Origin: an uncultured Flavobacteriales bacterium
Lineage (GTDB): Bacteria; Bacteroidota; Bacteroidia; Flavobacteriales_D; JABDKJ01
Direction of reading: 5' to 3'
DNA length: 64,000 nucleotides
Assembly (NCBI GenBank): GCA_964609215.1
Contig: CAZSQZ010000009.1
Coordinates: 16,394 to 80,393, forward strand
A model generated the notes under the pieces. That model saw nothing but the letters and a program-made list of their open reading frames with translations, had not been told where the DNA came from and did no database searches. Positions 54,638-64,000 of the stretch are shown piece after piece (position 1 is the stretch's first letter; each line of letters begins with the position of its first letter). Made by a program: the position numbers and the translations under genes.

Positions 54638-56371
54638 ATGAAGCAAAACATAATTATTAAATCTACACTTAAGACCTTGAGGATTTTGCCAAGGCGTCAT
54701 AAGAAGATTAGTATTGGCGTTTTGTTTTCTATGATTTTTTCGTCTCTATTGGATCTTTTTGGGATAGCTAGCATTTTTCCATTGTTGTTGCTATTGGTTA
54801 AACCGGGGGTGATTTTCGAAAATCCTTATTTGTATGCCATATATCAGTTTTTGGGATTGGAAAGTGAAAAGGAATTCATTATTGCTATGGCCATAATCTC
54901 ATTCTCTCTTCTCTTTTTAAAGAATGTGATTTATTTCATCAATCTTAGATTTCAGGCTAGATTCGCAATGGGAGTCCTAAGACATCTTACATCTCGTCTA
55001 ATGGACATTTATTTTGCAAAAGGCTACTTCTTTTTGACAGAGAATAATACCAATCATTTAGCAAAGAAAATTGCAATGTATCCTAGGGTCTTTAGTCTTG
55101 GGTTAGTGTTGCCTTTGCTAAAGATTATGAGTGAGTTTTTAATTTTATTAGTGATAATAACATTACTGGTAATTTTTTATTCAAAACTTATTTTTGGATT
55201 CCTTCTCTTTGTTATTCCTCTATTTTATGTATTCTATCGACTTACCAGAAAAAAGTTATCTGTTATTGACAAAGAAACGGCAGACTATACCTATAGAAGC
55301 CAACACTCATTGTTTGATGTGCTAAATGCAGATTTGGATATTAGAATAAGTGGTAACTATTCCTTCTTTAAGAAGAGATTTACGAATAATATTTCCCAAG
55401 AATCGAATTTAAGAATCTGGTCTATTCTTTTTTCAGAGGCACCAGTTAAGATCATAGAATTGGGAATAATGACTGCTATTATTACTTTGTTTCTTGTCAT
55501 TTCATTTTCTAATTATCCCGTAGAGCAGATAGTGGAAACTCTCGGAGTTTTTGGTTTAGCTGCTTTCAGATGTGTGCCCTCAATGAACAGAATAGCAACC
55601 GGTGTTATTAAGCTAAAATCAAATGAGTTTACTTTTGATTCATTGGATGAGATCGAACTTAGTAATAAGGAAGCAAAGATAGCTCAAAGTGAAGATTTGG
55701 TGTTTAATAAAAACATCAAGTTTGATAATATTTCTTTTACTTATCCAGGCACGCAGAACTTAATTCTCGATAGATTTTCCTTTACAATAAATAAGGGACA
55801 ATCAGTTGGTATTATTGGACAATCTGGTTCAGGCAAGACCACTTTGATGAATATTTTTCTTGGCTTCCTTACACAGTCTGAGGGTGATTTATTACTAGAT
55901 GGAATTGTATTAGACGAAAGAAATAAAAAGGCTTGGCACAAGAAAGTTGGATATGTGAAGCAAGAAGTATTTCTTCTTGACGATACTTTACTGAATAATA
56001 TTGCTTTTGGAGATACTTCTCCTGATATTAATTTAGTGAATGATCTGGTTGAAAAAGTACAATTGAAATCATTTGTAGATTCTTCAGAAAAAGGAATACA
56101 CATAAATGTAGGAGAGAAAGGTGCAAAAATTTCTGGTGGGCAAAGACAGAGAATTGGTATTGCAAGAGCTCTTTACAAAAATCCAGAAATTTTGGTTTTT
56201 GATGAAGCAACTTCCGCTTTAGATGAAAATACAGAAGATGAAATTTTAGATCTTATTAAAAGTTTATCTGTCTCAAATCTTACTACACTTATAATCTCGC
56301 ACAGGAAACGAACTTTTAAGTACACTGATGAAATAATTGATTTTGACAAAATCAATAAACAGAAAACTTAA
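54638..56371 (+). CDS. ABC exporter, fused permease/ATPase (polysaccharide/lipid export type)
   Basis: N-terminal TM domain. GQSGSGKT, ISGGQRQR, ILVFDEATSALD. Confidence 0.85.
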   Translation: MKQNIIIKSTLKTLRILPRRHKKISIGVLFSMIFSSLLDLFGIASIFPLLLLLVKPGVIFENPYLYAIYQFLGLESEKEFIIAMAIISFSLLFLKNVIYFINLRFQARFAMGVLRHLTSRLMDIYFAKGYFFLTENNTNHLAKKIAMYPRVFSLGLVLPLLKIMSEFLILLVIITLLVIFYSKLIFGFLLFVIPLFYVFYRLTRKKLSVIDKETADYTYRSQHSLFDVLNADLDIRISGNYSFFKKRFTNNISQESNLRIWSILFSEAPVKIIELGIMTAIITLFLVISFSNYPVEQIVETLGVFGLAAFRCVPSMNRIATGVIKLKSNEFTFDSLDEIELSNKEAKIAQSEDLVFNKNIKFDNISFTYPGTQNLILDRFSFTINKGQSVGIIGQSGSGKTTLMNIFLGFLTQSEGDLLLDGIVLDERNKKAWHKKVGYVKQEVFLLDDTLLNNIAFGDTSPDINLVNDLVEKVQLKSFVDSSEKGIHINVGEKGAKISGGQRQRIGIARALYKNPEILVFDEATSALDENTEDEILDLIKSLSVSNLTTLIISHRKRTFKYTDEIIDFDKINKQKT

Positions 56372-56392
56372 GCAAAACCCATTTTTGAAGTT

Positions 56393-57352
56393 ATGCAAGA
56401 CGAAAACTACTTCTTTCATGTTGGACTTCCCAAGACTGCAAGCACCTTTTTGCAGAAGGAAGTTTTTCCAAAGCTTGAAGAAGTTTTTTATTTAGGACGC
56501 CCTTATACTCAGGAGAACAAGGCTTTTAATCACTTGCAGTACGCAGATGGTCCAAATTATTCTTCTCAATTGATGCTTTCTGAATTTGAAAAGATTGAAA
56601 AGAGCAGGAAGGGTCGAAGTGTGTTAATATCCGATGAACTTTTATCTGGCCTTCCAACAAGTAATTTTATGAATAGGGGGACTATTGCTGAAAGAATCAA
56701 TACCATACTGCCTAATAGTCAGATAATTATTTTTTTAAGATCTCAAAGGACATTGATTGAATCACTGTATAATCAATATGTGAAGGTTGGATGGTTTTCC
56801 GAAGAATTGGATCCTGATATGTTGCATTCGCCTGGAAAGGGATTTGAACTGGAAAAATGGCTCGATGGGCAAAGGTCTTGGAATATTAGCAATAGACATT
56901 TTAATCACCGTTCTTATTTTTCAATTGATCATTTTAGGTATAGTACATTATTGGATTTTTATAATCAACTGTTCAATAAGGTTCATATTTTTTTATTCGA
57001 AGATTTAGAATCGGATTTTGAAAGTTTGCTGATAAGACTCTGCAAAGTCCTTAATTCAAAGAATCCAACCGAGATACAATTTGAAAGAAAAGTTAATGCT
57101 GGCATGGGCAGTAAGGACTTAGCTCATAAAATTGTTTCCAATAAATTAAAAGGCCTTGAAAGTTATTTTGGCAAAATAGAACAATTTTTAGTTAGGAAGT
57201 ATGTCAACTTAAAAAAAGGAAAAGAAGCTACTGATTTTTCAGTTATAGATAATAAGCTGCTACAGGCAGGATTATATGAAGACAATAAATTGATAAACTC
57301 GAAATTTAAATTGGGAATGGAAAAATATCCAGCAGCATTTTTTAAGGAGTAA
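56393..57352 (+). CDS. sulfotransferase-like protein
   Basis: HVGLPKTASTFLQ (PSB-like P-loop) and FLRSQRTLIESLY (R…S 3'-PB-like). Confidence 0.55.
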   Translation: MQDENYFFHVGLPKTASTFLQKEVFPKLEEVFYLGRPYTQENKAFNHLQYADGPNYSSQLMLSEFEKIEKSRKGRSVLISDELLSGLPTSNFMNRGTIAERINTILPNSQIIIFLRSQRTLIESLYNQYVKVGWFSEELDPDMLHSPGKGFELEKWLDGQRSWNISNRHFNHRSYFSIDHFRYSTLLDFYNQLFNKVHIFLFEDLESDFESLLIRLCKVLNSKNPTEIQFERKVNAGMGSKDLAHKIVSNKLKGLESYFGKIEQFLVRKYVNLKKGKEATDFSVIDNKLLQAGLYEDNKLINSKFKLGMEKYPAAFFKE

Positions 57353-57384
57353 ATTTAAACTCATTACACGTAAGCATCGCTTAA

Positions 57385-58278
57385 ATGAACTACACCATCC
57401 AAGAAATAGACATACACAATAATCGGATTAGGGAGCAAATAATAGTTCTAGTAGATCGCGTTTTTAATTTGAAAATAGACCATCAAAAATTAGTGAAAAA
57501 CACGGAAACCAGAAATGGCAAGACCTTATATCTTGGTGCCTTTTACGGTGATGAATTAGCAGCTATAAACTTTTTTATTGGTCATGAATTACAAATAGAA
57601 GCTGATAATATAATTGCACATCAAAGTTGTTGGTCAGCGGTATCTCCAGACCATAGAAGAAAAGGCTTGTTTTCCAAATTAATAGAAGAAGCAAAAATCA
57701 TCTTGAAGAATAAAAATAGTGCATTTATTTTTGGCTTCCCGAATCAGAATTCAGAGGGTATTTTTATAAATAAATTAGGTTTCAAATCCTACCCAATGTC
57801 AAAATTAAATATCCCTGCAAATCGACTTTTAGGGTTTACATTGAACCGGGATCTAAAGAAAATTGATAGTGATTTTTATCTTAAGACAGAAAAATGTGTT
57901 CTTCCTTTAGAAGGTGAGATTTATGAATGGAAAAGAGAAGAATTTGGAAATGATGTTTACTTGTTTTCAAGCTATAATAATCTGGTCTGGGGCAAAAGAA
58001 GGAGAATTCAAAAATTTGGAAAGAATCTTACATATTTAGACGTAGGAGGAATTCAAGTTAATAAACCTAACTTGATACATGATTTGTTTGCAGAAATAAG
58101 AAGAGCAAAGAAATTTGATTTTTTTCAAATCGTTGCGAGTTCTAATGCTGTGTTTTGGGAAATGTTTAAAGGAGTTCAATTTGCTCCAAAGATTGAACCT
58201 TTAATAATTTATGATTTGAATTTATCTACATCAGCATTACAATTTCAATTTTTTAAAGGAATAAAAGATGTATTCTAA
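57385..58278 (+). CDS. GNAT-type acyl/acetyltransferase
   Basis: …VSPDHRRKGLFSKLIEEA… acetyl-CoA motif. Confidence 0.55.
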   Translation: MNYTIQEIDIHNNRIREQIIVLVDRVFNLKIDHQKLVKNTETRNGKTLYLGAFYGDELAAINFFIGHELQIEADNIIAHQSCWSAVSPDHRRKGLFSKLIEEAKIILKNKNSAFIFGFPNQNSEGIFINKLGFKSYPMSKLNIPANRLLGFTLNRDLKKIDSDFYLKTEKCVLPLEGEIYEWKREEFGNDVYLFSSYNNLVWGKRRRIQKFGKNLTYLDVGGIQVNKPNLIHDLFAEIRRAKKFDFFQIVASSNAVFWEMFKGVQFAPKIEPLIIYDLNLSTSALQFQFFKGIKDVF

Positions 58279-58281
58279 AGA

Positions 58282-59145
58282 ATGAAGGCTCTAGTTAAAA
58301 AAGCATATAACATAGTTGCCTCAAAATCTTCATTGAGAAAGTATAAATTACAATTGCTGTTTGTATTTCATACAGAGAAAATATACAATGATGAAATTTA
58401 CAATAACCTAAAAGAATTTTGTTTCGAATATTATTCTTTGACCGGTGCCAAAGCTATTTGTACTATTATTCCACCAACCAACTTGAAGCTTCAAAAAGAA
58501 ATGAAAGAAGCATCTTTTGACAATGGCGAATTTGTGGAAAGATTACGTGAATTAGAAAAAATATCTACTCTAGGATATCATGGACATTTCTTTCAGAACA
58601 ATACTCCTGAATATTGGAACGCGATTCATTGCAATAGCTTTCAATCCACAGCGATGATTGATCAGTTCAATAAAGATTTGGAATGGTTTAAGAAGAATGA
58701 TATAAATCATAATGGAATTTATGCAGCTGGTTGGTGGTTTATGAATAGTAGTTTGATGGATATGTTATTGGCGAATGGGTTTAGATGCGATTTTTCATTT
58801 TCTTTACTGCCTTATTTCTATAATTCCTATTTCGCAAAATTAAGGCAAAGTGATGAGGTGAAATTGGGTGAAATTTTAAAATTAAGAAGTCCCAGTAAAT
58901 CCAATGAAATTATTGGTGTTCAGAATTTTATTGGAATTCAAAAGAGTTCAGACTTACTAGAATTCGATAGAAATTTGTTAAAGCTTATTAAAAGATATAA
59001 AATGCCGGATCAAATGATAGGAAGCGTTAATTCCCATGATTATGATCTTAATATTAAAAATGCTTTAACTGGAATTAAGCATTTATTGGAAGACTCAAAA
59101 GCTACTTTCCTGTCATTTAAAGATATACAAAAGCTGCACTCATGA
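58282..59145 (+). CDS. hypothetical protein in polysaccharide cluster
   Basis: ORF with a tight 4-nt spacing to the upstream gene. No motif recognised. Confidence 0.4.
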   Translation: MKALVKKAYNIVASKSSLRKYKLQLLFVFHTEKIYNDEIYNNLKEFCFEYYSLTGAKAICTIIPPTNLKLQKEMKEASFDNGEFVERLRELEKISTLGYHGHFFQNNTPEYWNAIHCNSFQSTAMIDQFNKDLEWFKKNDINHNGIYAAGWWFMNSSLMDMLLANGFRCDFSFSLLPYFYNSYFAKLRQSDEVKLGEILKLRSPSKSNEIIGVQNFIGIQKSSDLLEFDRNLLKLIKRYKMPDQMIGSVNSHDYDLNIKNALTGIKHLLEDSKATFLSFKDIQKLHS

Positions 59146-59173
59146 TCCTGCGAAATTATAAAACACTCGTTTT

Positions 59174-60052
59174 TTAGTCCAGATTTTCAAGGTCAAATTC
59201 CTTGGGTAAAAAGAGATAGTTATACCCTTCCTTTTTTGATAATGAAGAAGTATCCATTTGTAAGCCATTAGAGTTTATACAAAACGCTTGATATTCGTGC
59301 TTTTCTAGAAAGTTCATTAACCAATTCCTTTTGTCTTCATCGGGAAAAGTTTCAAGTAGAATTTTTGGTCTATTTTTTTTCATCTGCGTACTCGCCCCTT
59401 TTAAAACTTCAATCTCATAACCTTCAACATCCACTTTAATAAGATCTATTTTTTCTAAGTTATGAAGTGAACAAAATTCGTCTATTGAAACTTGTTTGAC
59501 ATCTATCTTTTTCCACTCTATTTTTCCTTGATAAGTAGATTTACTAAAATCTTCTAATACAGAGGTGGTGTCTGAAATGATATTGTTCTTTGGAACATTA
59601 AGTTCTATCTTTTGAGTATTAGCACCTATTGCATATCTGGAAACTTGAATATTGCTAAGTTCATTTAGCTTGATATTCTCCTCTAATCTTTTAAAATTAA
59701 CGGGGTTTGGTTCAATTGCAAAAATTTTGGAATTGGGTTCTGACTTGCCACTAAGGATGCTATAAATTCCAGTATTTGAGCCAATATCTAGAATTACAGA
59801 ATCAGGTTTTATTAAACGCAAAAACTGCTTCAAATCATTAACCTCTGAGTATTTGAGCTTAAAATAAAGCTGGTCGACAATTCCATCATCACAACAATTT
59901 CTCATTTTGAAACTAATGTTGTTGAAGTTTATTCGAACAATTCCAGAGGTACGCCACCGAAGCTTTAATTTGTCAAATTGCTGGGGTAAAACTTTCAATA
60001 TATTTCTACCCAACAAATTGACAAGAGAATATTTTCTTATATCTTTTTGCAC
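59174..60052 (-). CDS. FkbM-family methyltransferase
   Basis: ILDIGSNTGIYS motif and family-typical length. Confidence 0.7.
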   Translation of the reverse strand: MQKDIRKYSLVNLLGRNILKVLPQQFDKLKLRWRTSGIVRINFNNISFKMRNCCDDGIVDQLYFKLKYSEVNDLKQFLRLIKPDSVILDIGSNTGIYSILSGKSEPNSKIFAIEPNPVNFKRLEENIKLNELSNIQVSRYAIGANTQKIELNVPKNNIISDTTSVLEDFSKSTYQGKIEWKKIDVKQVSIDEFCSLHNLEKIDLIKVDVEGYEIEVLKGASTQMKKNRPKILLETFPDEDKRNWLMNFLEKHEYQAFCINSNGLQMDTSSLSKKEGYNYLFLPKEFDLENLD

Positions 60053-60086
60053 TTTTAGGACTAGGACTCAATACTAATTAAAATAT

Positions 60087-61100
60087 ATGATAAACTCAGA
60101 TCTTCCAAAAATCTCTATTGTAACGCCCTCTTTTAATCAGGGTGCTTTTTTGGAAGAGACCATTGATTCTGTTTTGAGTCAGAATTATCCTAATCTCGAG
60201 TATATAATTATTGATGGAGGAAGTAGTGATAATTCTATTGAGATTATAAAAAGATACGAGAGGCATCTTACTTATTGGATTTCAGAAAAGGATAGAGGAC
60301 AAAGTCATGCAATAAATAAGGGTTTGAAAAAAGTTACTGGTGATATATTTAACTGGCTGAATTCAGATGATTTTTATGAACCAAAAGCACTATTTAAAGT
60401 AGGTGAGGTTTTTAAAGACAAAAGGGTGAAAATGGCTGCTTTTAGAAGTAATATTTTTGGTAAGGAAAGCAGGGTTTCAAAGGGCACAGATATATTCGAA
60501 AACTTAGAAAAAACGATTGCCTATTCTAGAATAGATCAGCCAGAAACATTTTTTAGTTTCGATGCGATAAAAGAAATCGGAGGTGTAAAAGAGAATATGC
60601 ATTATTGTATGGATCAAGACTTATACCTTAGATTCCTTTTCAAATATGGACTTGAGCCCATTGTTAAGAGGGAGGAGGTCATCGTTAACTTTAGAATTCA
60701 TGAAGATTCTAAAACAAACAATCATAGACAGAAATTCACTAATGAAAAAGACAATATGTTTTTGGCGCTGTCAAAAAAAAGCGATGAAAAGAAAATTGAG
60801 AAATTTATAGAAGGATTTATTGGTCAGGAAAACAATTTAGGTTTTACCTATGATGATCTTGTCATGAACAAATCTCATTTAAATGGAGCTATACATTATT
60901 TTTTATTTTTTAAGGGCATGTCTCTCTATGGTCAGTCCAGGTATAAGGATGCCCAAAAGTATTTTGAGCTTATAAATACAAAATTCCTATTAAAGGAAGA
61001 CCAAGATAGCTTGCGCAAGGTTATTTGGAGAAATAAAAATATTCCCAAACCTATTTTGGAGGTATTGAGAAATTTGAAATCAAAGACTTCAAATGCATAA
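60087..61100 (+). CDS. glycosyltransferase family 2
   Basis: ISIVTPSFNQGAFLEETIDSVLSQNYPNLEYIIIDGGSSD. Confidence 0.85.
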   Translation: MINSDLPKISIVTPSFNQGAFLEETIDSVLSQNYPNLEYIIIDGGSSDNSIEIIKRYERHLTYWISEKDRGQSHAINKGLKKVTGDIFNWLNSDDFYEPKALFKVGEVFKDKRVKMAAFRSNIFGKESRVSKGTDIFENLEKTIAYSRIDQPETFFSFDAIKEIGGVKENMHYCMDQDLYLRFLFKYGLEPIVKREEVIVNFRIHEDSKTNNHRQKFTNEKDNMFLALSKKSDEKKIEKFIEGFIGQENNLGFTYDDLVMNKSHLNGAIHYFLFFKGMSLYGQSRYKDAQKYFELINTKFLLKEDQDSLRKVIWRNKNIPKPILEVLRNLKSKTSNA

Positions 61101-61111
61101 TAAGAGAATTC

Positions 61112-62047
61112 TTGGAATATAACTTAAGTGTCATAATACCAACTTATAATGGAAGGCATCGTATTTCAAAAATATTAGGAGCCTTAGAAAATCAAACACA
61201 GCCTGATTTCGAGACTTTGGTTATGGTAGATGGATCGAGTGATGGAACGCTTGAATATTTAAGCAAAGAAAAATTCAAATTGAAAAACTTAAATGTTCAC
61301 TTTACTGAGAATATTGGAAGAGCTGCAATTAGAAATTTGGGTGCAGAAAAGGCAAGCGGTAACCTGCTAGTTTTTTATGATGATGATATGCTTCCTGAAT
61401 GCAACACAATTGAACTTCATTTAGCACACCATAAGGAATACTTAAATTCCATTTTAGCAGGTGCTCAGATAGATAAATACGAGAGGGATGAAAGCACAGA
61501 TTTTCTCGACTATAAATCTTTGAGATCTGAATTTTGGATGAAAAAATACACTGGGAAATTAAAAATGGGAAGAGATAATCTATTTATTACCGGAGCTCAC
61601 TTTTCCATACCTAAAAATTTGTTTAATGAATTAGGAGGATTTGATAATAGGTTAACGGATGCGGAAGATTGGGATTTTGCGGTGAAGGCATTTCTTGGAA
61701 AAAGCGATATTTATTTAGATCCTGACAACATAGCTTATCATCAAGATTTTATCACTTGCGAAAATTATATCAGAAGAAGAAGAGAATATGTGGTGGCACA
61801 GAAAAGGCTTAATGAACTAAATAAATATGTTTTAGAAAATGGATTCAGTAGATTGCAAGAAGTGAGGGCACCTTTTTTGAAAAAAAGTATAATTTCTATG
61901 GTATCCAATATGACTATGGTTAAATTAATTGATAATGGTTTTTTTAAGACTGTTTTACCAAAAACTATCAGATATAGATTGTATGATCTTGTGATAGTTG
62001 GTCTGGTAAAGATTTTTCCTGACAGGAATATTAGTAAATCTAATTAG
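61112..62047 (+). CDS. glycosyltransferase family 2
   Basis: SVIIPTYNGRHRISKILGALENQTQPDFETLVMVDGSSDGT and the DDD motif. Confidence 0.85.
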   Translation: MEYNLSVIIPTYNGRHRISKILGALENQTQPDFETLVMVDGSSDGTLEYLSKEKFKLKNLNVHFTENIGRAAIRNLGAEKASGNLLVFYDDDMLPECNTIELHLAHHKEYLNSILAGAQIDKYERDESTDFLDYKSLRSEFWMKKYTGKLKMGRDNLFITGAHFSIPKNLFNELGGFDNRLTDAEDWDFAVKAFLGKSDIYLDPDNIAYHQDFITCENYIRRRREYVVAQKRLNELNKYVLENGFSRLQEVRAPFLKKSIISMVSNMTMVKLIDNGFFKTVLPKTIRYRLYDLVIVGLVKIFPDRNISKSN

Positions 62048-62055
62048 AATAGAAA

Positions 62056-62859
62056 ATGTTCTGTTACTTCGGTCATCCTAAATCCGCTTCTACCTATTTT
62101 GGTAAAATTATGCTTCGTTTTGGAGTAGAGCTAGGGTTTAAACATTTCTACAAACAAATCACTTTACCTGGTAGCCTTGAAAAAATAAACAGCAATTATT
62201 TCGATTTAGTAATTAGCCAAAACTCTAGTTATTCAAAAGTGAATAGCATCAAGCATGATTTCAAGGCATTTCATTTAATTCGAGATCCAAGAGATATATG
62301 TGTTTCTGCTTATTTTTCATATTTAAAAACACATGACATAGATAATTGGACTGAGTTAGCTGATTTACGAAAAACTCTTTCCAAAAAGTCTATAGATGAA
62401 GGATTGTATGATGTAATTGATTTTAATCATCAATTCTTTGAACATATGGGAACATGGGATTTTGGCGATGAAAGAATATTAGAACTTAGATTTGAAAATT
62501 ACATTCTTAATCCTTCAAAAACCATATTTAACATTATGATGTTTTTTGATTTGGTGAAAGAGAGGTCAACTTTGCTAGATGAAATAGTAATTTTCTATAA
62601 TAGATTAGTTTTTAAGTTATTCAGAAGTTCAACATTAGCAATAAGAATTAAAAAATTGTCTAAATCCAGAATTGAAAAAATAATAGAAGAACTCTCCTTT
62701 AAAAATATTACCAAGGACAGGGAAATAGGAGAGGAAAATGTTAATTCGCACTACAGAAAAGGAATTCAGGGAGATTGGAAAAAATTCCTTAAGGAAGAAC
62801 ACTTATCTTACTTTCGATCAAAACATCCAGATTTGCTGTCTAAATTGAACTATGAATAA
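62056..62859 (+). CDS. PAPS-dependent sulfotransferase
   Basis: GHPKSASTYF (5'-PSB) and IRDPRDICVSAYF (3'-PB). Confidence 0.7.
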   Translation: MFCYFGHPKSASTYFGKIMLRFGVELGFKHFYKQITLPGSLEKINSNYFDLVISQNSSYSKVNSIKHDFKAFHLIRDPRDICVSAYFSYLKTHDIDNWTELADLRKTLSKKSIDEGLYDVIDFNHQFFEHMGTWDFGDERILELRFENYILNPSKTIFNIMMFFDLVKERSTLLDEIVIFYNRLVFKLFRSSTLAIRIKKLSKSRIEKIIEELSFKNITKDREIGEENVNSHYRKGIQGDWKKFLKEEHLSYFRSKHPDLLSKLNYE

Positions 62860-62868
62860 TACTGTTTT

Positions 62869-63987
62869 TTGAAAAGGATAAAACTGACTTATATCATTTC
62901 TAATATTCAAAAATCTCTTGCATTTGAATGGGTTGCAGAAAACTTAGATCACTCTAAATATGAGTTGTCATTTGTTTTCTTGAATTCTGAAAAGTATCCA
63001 ATTCAGGAATATATGGAACATAGGAACATTGAAACTCATTTGATTTTCAATAATGGTAAACGCAGTTACCCATTTATTTTTCTGAAGCTTTTTGCAAGAT
63101 TTCTTTTAAATAGACCAAGCATTGTTCATTGCCATATGTTTGATGCTACTTTGCTTGGTTTGCTGGTAAGCAAATTACTCCATATTAAAAAGCGAATTTA
63201 CACTCGTCACAATGCAACTTTCAATAGGGAGTACTTTCCGAAAATGGTAAAATGGGATAAATTCAATAACAGCTTGGCTACACATGTAGTAGCAATTTCC
63301 AGAAACGTAAAAGAAGTTCTTGAGACTTTGGAGAATGTTCCAAGCAATAAAATAGAACTTATTCCCCATGGTTTTGATTTGGAAAGGTTCAGGAATATTC
63401 CAAATAATGATAAGAATAGAATTTTCAAGAAGTATAATATAGAATCAAATCGGGATTATCCGGTTGTGGGCGTAATTTCTAGATTTTTGCATTTAAAGGG
63501 AATTCAGTATGTTATACCTGCATTCAGATTATTATTGGAAAAAAAACCAAATGCTGTGTTAATACTATGTAATGCAAATGGTCCTTATTCAAATGAAATT
63601 GAAAAACTCTTAAGCAGTTTGCCAGAGAGAAGTTATAGGAAAATCACTTTTGAAGAAGATATCTTTGCGCTCTATTCCATTTTTGATGTATTTCTACATG
63701 TTCCCATCAATGAAAAAATAGAAGCATTTGGACAGACATATGTGGAGGCATTGTCCGCAGGTGTTCCAAGTGTCTTTACCCTTTCTGGAATTGCAGTAGA
63801 GTTCATTGTTGATGAGCAGAATGCTCTGGTTGTCGATTTTAAAGATTCTGGTCAAATTTATTCAGCTATGATTAAGATATTGAATTCCGACAAACTAAGA
63901 GATAAGTTAATCATGGAGGGTTTCAAATCAATCAAACCATATAACTTAACTACTTTTGTTAATCGGCTGCACAAGCTTTATGAATGA
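62869..63987 (+). CDS. glycosyltransferase family 4 (GT-B)
   Basis: EAFGQTYVEALSAGVP (E-x7-E). Confidence 0.8.
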   Translation: MKRIKLTYIISNIQKSLAFEWVAENLDHSKYELSFVFLNSEKYPIQEYMEHRNIETHLIFNNGKRSYPFIFLKLFARFLLNRPSIVHCHMFDATLLGLLVSKLLHIKKRIYTRHNATFNREYFPKMVKWDKFNNSLATHVVAISRNVKEVLETLENVPSNKIELIPHGFDLERFRNIPNNDKNRIFKKYNIESNRDYPVVGVISRFLHLKGIQYVIPAFRLLLEKKPNAVLILCNANGPYSNEIEKLLSSLPERSYRKITFEEDIFALYSIFDVFLHVPINEKIEAFGQTYVEALSAGVPSVFTLSGIAVEFIVDEQNALVVDFKDSGQIYSAMIKILNSDKLRDKLIMEGFKSIKPYNLTTFVNRLHKLYE

Positions 63988-64000
63988 AGAAGTGAAATTT

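Overview
The window is low-GC and looks like a Bacteroidota (Flavobacteriia-like) chromosome: many secreted proteins end in T9SS C-terminal sorting domains, and there is a TonB-dependent receptor and a Rho with a long N-terminal insertion. About 80% of the sequence is ordinary housekeeping or envelope genes (rho, uvrA, truA, ttcA, mpl, ddl, rluD, rdgB-like, ABC exporters, peptidases).

Two regions stand out.

(1) 31.4-41.1 kb is a one-strand island. It contains an SPFH/band-7 protein, several aberrant or permuted tRNA-like RNAs, a small ATP-dependent RNA ligase (KxDG), and a tightly packed array of about 13 tRNA or tRNA-like genes. I fold 8 of these by hand as cloverleaves (Arg-ACG, Phe-GAA, His-GUG, Leu-UAA, Leu-UAG, Gln-UUG, Tyr-GUA, Cys-GCA). 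The other 5 carry large insertions or lack arms. The island continues with two tandem Pol-beta-type (RlaP-like) nucleotidyltransferases, an unknown protein, and RtcB. A WYL-domain regulator is transcribed divergently. I interpret the island as a tRNA/RNA damage-repair or tRNA-replenishment system with an unusually rich non-coding RNA component. It is the best candidate for something undescribed.

(2) 51.6-64.0 kb is a polysaccharide biosynthesis cluster with three sulfotransferase-like genes, which suggests a sulfated glycan.

All RNA folds were done by eye. No covariance-model or database searches could be run.
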